Source: a virus. From it: a stretch of DNA of 64,000 bases. A program made the position numbers and the translations under genes. This document shows, in pieces, positions 59,576-64,000 of this stretch. The notes beneath the pieces are model-generated. The model made no database searches, had not been told where the DNA came from, and saw nothing but the letters and a program-made list of their open reading frames with translations. Each line of letters begins with the position of its first letter. Position 1 is the stretch's first letter. Location: IMG/VR virus record IMGVR_UViG_3300021961_000065, positions 10,814-74,813 of that record; one strand, 5' to 3'.

Positions 59576-59838
59576 TTAACTTTGTCAGCCCAATATGCTG
59601 CTGACATTTTACCTTTACTTATGTTTTTAGCATGACGAGCTTTAAATGACTTCTGTCTTGCTTTCTCTGAAGCAGTCTTAGGATTAGCTCCTGCTCCACT
59701 AACACCTTGTTGACCAAATCTAATAAGCTTAACTGTTGAACCTTCTTTAGCTAACACAGCATGAGACTTTTTAGCACCTGGAGTTTTCTTAGGTTTATTG
59801 TATCCTGCAAACTTCTCTCCACGATATTCAATACTCAT
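59569..59838 (-). CDS. Conserved small basic phage protein
   Basis: Homologue of 16448-16729. Confidence 0.7.
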   Translation of the reverse strand: MSIEYRGEKFAGYNKPKKTPGAKKSHAVLAKEGSTVKLIRFGQQGVSGAGANPKTASEKARQKSFKARHAKNISKGKMSAAYWADKVKW

Positions 59839-59972
59839 TTCTTTTTACCTTTACTTTTACCTGCTTTGCTTAATGCAATAGCAATAGCTTGCTTCTGTGG
59901 TTTACCTGCTTTCATTTCTTTACGAATATTCTCAGAGATAACCTTTTGTGACTTACCTTTCTTTAGTGGCAT
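59835..59972 (-). CDS. 45-aa basic protein ([35 protein letters not shown]...)
   Basis: Hand translation; homologue of 16731-16865. Confidence 0.75.
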   Translation of the reverse strand: MPLKKGKSQKVISENIRKEMKAGKPQKQAIAIALSKAGKSKGKKK

Positions 59973-60457
59973 TATTTACTCTCCATGAAAAACAAATTAA
60001 CTTCTGCTGCTCGTCTTCTTTCTAATCCTCGTAGAACTTTACCACCTGCTCTACAATACTTTAAAAGAGTGTCCATCGCTTCTTCCTTCTCTCCTCGATT
60101 TAACTTAGAACGAACACTACTTCTTTGTAAAGTTCCATTTCCTAGGTTAAATGCAAATGATACAAGTGCATCAAATTCACACTGCTTAAGAGGAACAGTG
60201 ATATAACGAGAAACTCCCAACTCAAATCTCTTAAGATCTTTCTTAAGTAAATCATCAACCTCCTCTTGGCTCCATACTCTGTTATCTTTTGGATCAAGTC
60301 TTATTTCCTTTCGTCTTGCTAAAGGGAGGGTAGCCTGTTCAGGATAGAGAACGTGACCATACCCCACAGTCCAAAGTAAAGCAGGACAAAGATAAGGATT
60401 GAAATGACAGCCTTCAAATTGCTTAATAAGTTTGATCCCGAGTTCACCTGTTATCAC
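59972..60457 (-). CDS. Endolysin, GH24 phage lysozyme
   Basis: FEG....Y.CPA..WT.GYGH, FDALVSF.FN.G and GL.RRR.AE..LF motifs. Confidence 0.9.
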   Translation of the reverse strand: MITGELGIKLIKQFEGCHFNPYLCPALLWTVGYGHVLYPEQATLPLARRKEIRLDPKDNRVWSQEEVDDLLKKDLKRFELGVSRYITVPLKQCEFDALVSFAFNLGNGTLQRSSVRSKLNRGEKEEAMDTLLKYCRAGGKVLRGLERRRAAEVNLFFMESK

Positions 60458-60942
60458 TTTTTCTTATCCCAGTGTCTAGATCCAAACCAGAAGCCTATAA
60501 TTGAAGCTACGATTGCCATCTCTTCATCTGAGAATATTAATGTTAATGCTGTTTCAAAGTCAACACCTGTTTTAATAGCCCATATCATACCTGCTACATC
60601 TGTAAACAATAGTAAGAATACAAACATATAGGTTACTACAGGTCTTACAGAAGCACTTAGATTCTTAACCCATCCACTAGCACCTTCTTGTAGTTTCTTA
60701 TCATGATCATATAATGCTACTCGTTCTTGAGCATAAGTTTGCATTTCTATTTGATCTGTTCTTACTTCTTCTATTCTTGCTTGAGATGCAAAGCCTTTTT
60801 CAGCTAAAGCTAATTCACGCTCTGTTTGTAAAGATGCCATTTCACGTTCATGCTTTTGATCTGCTTTATTCTTAAAGAAGTCTAATACACTTGGTAAACC
60901 TGAAGTGGCAAAACCTAATATTCCTGATAGTATACTTAACAT
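60454..60942 (-). CDS. Putative holin
   Basis: Hydrophobic N-terminus, VRP.VTY, two further TM segments ending FWFGSR; directly before the lysozyme. Confidence 0.6.
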   Translation of the reverse strand: MLSILSGILGFATSGLPSVLDFFKNKADQKHEREMASLQTERELALAEKGFASQARIEEVRTDQIEMQTYAQERVALYDHDKKLQEGASGWVKNLSASVRPVVTYMFVFLLLFTDVAGMIWAIKTGVDFETALTLIFSDEEMAIVASIIGFWFGSRHWDKKK

Positions 60943-60944
60943 TG

Positions 60945-61358
60945 TTACCTTCCTAGTGGGTTAGTCGTTGCTGTTTGTAATGCTTTCATCTTAGCATTTA
61001 CTGTTTCGAGTTCAGCTCTTACTTCATTACGCATAGCGTTTAAACTTGCTTCAACTTCTCTTTGACTTCCTTTTGCGATTGCTGCTGTCTCTTTAGCCAA
61101 CACAAAAGCATCGCTTGCCTTGTCTTGTAACTTAACATTTGTTTGCATTAACTCCATATATCGTTCTTGTTGTGTCTTCATCTGATGCTCTAGAGCTTCT
61201 ATTTTAGAACTATCAAACTCTTCAATCACCGAAAGCATCTGATTGTAAAGGGTTATCGTGTAATAAGCTCCTCCACCTATTATTGGCAGAATCGTTAAGA
61301 TTAAGCCCAATACCATTTGGGGAGATAAGGTCAAGGAGAAGGTTTTGTTCTCTGGCAT
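60945..61358 (-). CDS. TM-anchored coiled-coil protein
   Basis: N-terminal TM helix followed by a long heptad helix. Confidence 0.6.
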   Translation of the reverse strand: MPENKTFSLTLSPQMVLGLILTILPIIGGGAYYTITLYNQMLSVIEEFDSSKIEALEHQMKTQQERYMELMQTNVKLQDKASDAFVLAKETAAIAKGSQREVEASLNAMRNEVRAELETVNAKMKALQTATTNPLGR

Positions 61359-62289
61359 AGTTCTGTTCCTGTTCTAAGTCTAAAAGGTTAGTTAATTGTT
61401 CTTGATAGTAGCCTTGAGGCTGATCTATCAATGCAAAATCAATAGCAATCCCAAACCCAGGAACGACTGTTTCGTTTTCCTTTGTCTTTATCTTCTGTTC
61501 TTGTTTTGCCTCTTGCTTCTCTTCCTTTGTCTCCGTAGGGGAGCTTGATGTCGAAGGCTTCGTTGTATTTGTCTCTGTTGGTTTTTCCTGTACTTGAGGA
61601 ATCGCCATTTCTTGCTCCACTGGATTGTTCATTTGAACTGGATTCATATCCACAGGTTCTGAAGTAATCCCAACTGGGTCTGGCTGATCGAGACTCAATG
61701 GGCTTGCAGGATTCAATGGACTCTCTATGCTTGTAGGATCTGTTGCTTTTAGGGTACACGAATTGGAGGTCGTAATCCAAGGACCACTCATTGGGTCTGA
61801 GTATGGAGTCGAGCAAGTCGAAGTTCTTTGCTGCGTTATAGATCCTGTGTATCCATCCTGACATGCTATTGTTTGCTCCTCTTGACTTTCGACACAACTA
61901 GGTGGTAAAGGTTCACAATGAGACGAGCTAACAGTCCAAGCACTCCAACTGTCAATATTACAAGAATAGAAACGACTTTCATTAACGAAACCAGTAGTGA
62001 AAGGCTCTGTGCAAGCAGTTGTTCTTTGCTCTGTTTGGTCCACGCACCTACTGTAGTTTTGACAGATTGGATCATTTGGTTGATACGAGACACACCAGTA
62101 GTCCATAATGGCAACTGAGGGTTCGATACCAACGCAGACCAACGAGTCTTCAACCATGAAACCATTTTGATCAGGTGTGTATGTACAGTACCAAGCATAA
62201 GCATTACTCCAAGTTAAGAGGTTTAGTATAAGTAGGAAGCGTAAAATCTTTACCATATAGCTTTGTAAACCTTTCAGGATATAGTTCAT
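61222..62289 (-). CDS. Secreted Cys-rich protein with Pro/Thr linker (probable start 62256)
   Basis: Signal peptide ending AYA; repeated C..G..G....R...C....W....S..C units. Confidence 0.6.
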   Translation of the reverse strand: MNYILKGLQSYMVKILRFLLILNLLTWSNAYAWYCTYTPDQNGFMVEDSLVCVGIEPSVAIMDYWCVSYQPNDPICQNYSRCVDQTEQRTTACTEPFTTGFVNESRFYSCNIDSWSAWTVSSSHCEPLPPSCVESQEEQTIACQDGYTGSITQQRTSTCSTPYSDPMSGPWITTSNSCTLKATDPTSIESPLNPASPLSLDQPDPVGITSEPVDMNPVQMNNPVEQEMAIPQVQEKPTETNTTKPSTSSSPTETKEEKQEAKQEQKIKTKENETVVPGFGIAIDFALIDQPQGYYQEQLTNLLDLEQEQNYAREQNLLLDLISPNGIGLNLNDSANNRWRSLLHDNPLQSDAFGD

Positions 62290-62797
62290 ACCAAGCAGCT
62301 CTTGCTGCTGATCCTAGGGCTCCTCCCACAGGACAGGGGCTTCCAGACATTTCCATAGCATTCCATACTTTAATATCTTCACATAGAACTGATACAGCAC
62401 TAACTTTAAGACCTAGATCATTAAGAGTTTTTGCTAGTTTAATCCGTACACAGTTATCATCTGTGAGAACAGTTCCACCTGACACAGCAAATACACCTGT
62501 ATTAATACCACCTGATGCAGGTACAGCACAAACATCTTGAGAGAAAGCAGACATCGAAGGTGCCATAGCAGAAGGGACTGGTTGTCCCTTATAATTTATA
62601 GTTGTTTCTGCTGCTTCTGCTTTATTGATAATAATAGTAGATACAACAATACTACCAAAACCTATAATGATAGTCCAAAGAAGTTTATTAAGAACAGCTT
62701 CTATTTTATCTATACGAGCATGTATATTAGCGTACCTTTCGGCACACAGTTCTTCATGCGAGTTTAGTCGTTGTTCTACTTCCTTTGGAGTTGTCAC
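62204..62797 (-). CDS. XhlA-like TM segment fused to a Cys-containing exported domain
   Basis: N-terminus matches 17885-18097, followed by SA.APS..SQDVC..D.NC.RIKL..G.KV.AV..LC.D. Confidence 0.6.
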   Translation of the reverse strand: MTTPKEVEQRLNSHEELCAERYANIHARIDKIEAVLNKLLWTIIIGFGSIVVSTIIINKAEAAETTINYKGQPVPSAMAPSMSAFSQDVCAVPASGGINTGVFAVSGGTVLTDDNCVRIKLAKTLNDLGLKVSAVSVLCEDIKVWNAMEMSGSPCPVGGALGSAARAAWYELYPERFTKLYGKDFTLPTYTKPLNLE

Positions 62798-63339
62798 TAT
62801 TCACTCCAGTTCTGTGATTGCATTACCTCAATTAATGCTTCTACAGTTGATACTGCTTTGATTGCAGTTTCTAATCTTTCTGATTCTGCAACGATTGCTG
62901 TTCGTTTAGATGCTACATCTGTAGGAATGTCTACATTACGCTCTACTTTACGAGTCACATACCAGTCTGTCGTTGCTAATAGTTTACCTGCTGTGTCTTT
63001 TACTTGTGCAATCATAGTAGACTTCAGACCTTTAGTGACTAGTCTTTCATCACTGTCTACCATCACACGATTGTCTGGGTCTGTGTTATCTAATACTTTT
63101 ACATAGAGTGGGTTACCTGCTTCGTCTACTTCTTCTTTATCCTCTAATGCTTTAGGATTGTTGATGTCACCATCCCAGTAAAATCTGTCATCAGCACGAA
63201 CAGGGTCGTCTACCCATGTAATACCGATGGCAGTCTTTTCTGCTTCTGTTGATTTTTGTAACCAATTAGAAGGATACATCACATCACCTACTGTAAATGA
63301 CCTTCCAATTCTGAGTGTTAAGTTTCCTAATTTATACAT
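62797..63339 (-). CDS. Tail fibre assembly chaperone-like protein
   Basis: YPSNWL, D.RFYW and LL..TDWYV.RK.E motifs; follows the fibre gene. Confidence 0.55.
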   Translation of the reverse strand: MYKLGNLTLRIGRSFTVGDVMYPSNWLQKSTEAEKTAIGITWVDDPVRADDRFYWDGDINNPKALEDKEEVDEAGNPLYVKVLDNTDPDNRVMVDSDERLVTKGLKSTMIAQVKDTAGKLLATTDWYVTRKVERNVDIPTDVASKRTAIVAESERLETAIKAVSTVEALIEVMQSQNWSE

Positions 63340-63359
63340 AATGTTTTCCTTTTAATTAA

Positions 63360-64000
63360 TCATCGACCTAAAGCGTATTTCGTTGGTACTTCGGCAAATG
63401 CCATATAGATGTATGTGCCACCAGATGAGTTTCCACCACCAGTGGTACTTTTTACTTTAAATCCATTTGATAAGAAATCAAATTGAACGCCAGTAGATTC
63501 AGCATTTGATAAATTTGGAAATAAAGTTGCAGTTGTTACATTATATTGGTTACGAGAAGCATCAACAATTTGCCAGTTTTCAGTTGAATCTGTGCGTTTA
63601 ATCATCACAAACGCAGGTCTAAACCCTGTGTATACAAATGGACCATCAGCAGAACCATTACCGACATAAGAACCAAACTTGGAGAATCCTTCTACTTCTG
63701 CAAAGCAGTATGCTACATAAGGAACAGTATTAGTATTACAAACATTATTTGTTCCAATGGTAAATATACTAGATGTTGGACTAGTATTATTCCAAAAAAC
63801 TATGTTTGTATTTACTGCATAATTGCCACTTAAAAATACAGCGGCAGTATTTCCAACGCTTGTATGGTATACTCCCCAATCATTTGTTCCAGTTCTTGCT
63901 TTTGTAATTATGAATTTAGGTGTAGAACCCAATCCATGACCAACTGTAGACCCTGTTATTCCATTACCTGTATATGTCACCACACTAAATCCAGATGTTG
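63360..64000 (-). CDS. Tail fibre / receptor-binding protein, C-terminal part (gene starts beyond the window)
   Basis: Repeated YTGNG..HGLG..P.FII.K and GSY.GNG...GPFVY.GFRPA.VMIK units; frame is open to the window end. Confidence 0.7.
   Translation of the reverse strand, partial: TSGFSVVTYTGNGITGSTVGHGLGSTPKFIITKARTGTNDWGVYHTSVGNTAAVFLSGNYAVNTNIVFWNNTSPTSSIFTIGTNNVCNTNTVPYVAYCFAEVEGFSKFGSYVGNGSADGPFVYTGFRPAFVMIKRTDSTENWQIVDASRNQYNVTTATLFPNLSNAESTGVQFDFLSNGFKVKSTTGGGNSSGGTYIYMAFAEVPTKYALGR

Noticed and set aside
6577-63106. Many short track ORFs nested in or antisense to long genes (e.g. 7176, 10223, 13023, 31555, 46299, 56291, 61439, 62771)
   Set aside because: Shadow frames of well-supported genes with no recognisable motifs. 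Repeated ones recur only because the host gene is duplicated.
1-64000. A single phage genome that naturally encodes two complete virion modules
   Set aside because: Not excluded but disfavoured. The exact 462-bp repeat, the one-genome spacing and the GC shift at the repeat are more simply explained by two related genomes joined there. Read data are needed.
1-64000. Tandem prophages in a host chromosome
   Set aside because: No integrase, repressor switch, att-like junction or bacterial housekeeping genes were seen.

Overview
The whole window is AT-rich phage DNA from a podovirus lineage with no recognisable RNA polymerase gene. The two-arm layout resembles the SIO1/VpV262/cobavirus group (Zobellviridae-like; moderate confidence). 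A + strand early/replication arm (25.5-40.6 kb) encodes ArdC, a VbhA-like antitoxin, primase, DnaB helicase, a split family A DNA polymerase, SSB, exonuclease, endonuclease I, a metallophosphoesterase, a class II B12-dependent RNR and a SLOG protein. It is flanked by TWO homologous but diverged - strand morphogenesis arms (1-24.7 kb and 40.7-64 kb). A perfectly identical 462-bp block occurs at 9964-10425 and 53354-53815, 43,390 bp apart. The interval between the copies holds one complete gene set, and in spot counts it is more AT-rich than the flanks. The best reading is one complete ~43.4-kb phage genome spliced into a related second genome at that block (assembly figure-of-eight or recombination cointegrate). 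Several genes were missed by the ORF track: (1) a pqqA gene (PQQ precursor peptide MWTKPSATEMRFGFEVTMYVCNK) inserted antisense in the replication arm, pointing to a PQQ-using, probably Methylophilaceae, host; (2) in both virion modules, a small peptide whose N-terminus copies the major capsid protein N-terminus and continues as a Lys-rich tail; (3) several other small basic proteins. Also notable: a hydroxylase/sulfotransferase/APS-kinase cassette behind the tail fibre, a leaderless sigma70 promoter for the capsid operon conserved in both modules, and ssDNA-type GNA-triloop hairpins in the divergent non-coding region. No tRNA, rRNA, CRISPR array or integrase was seen.
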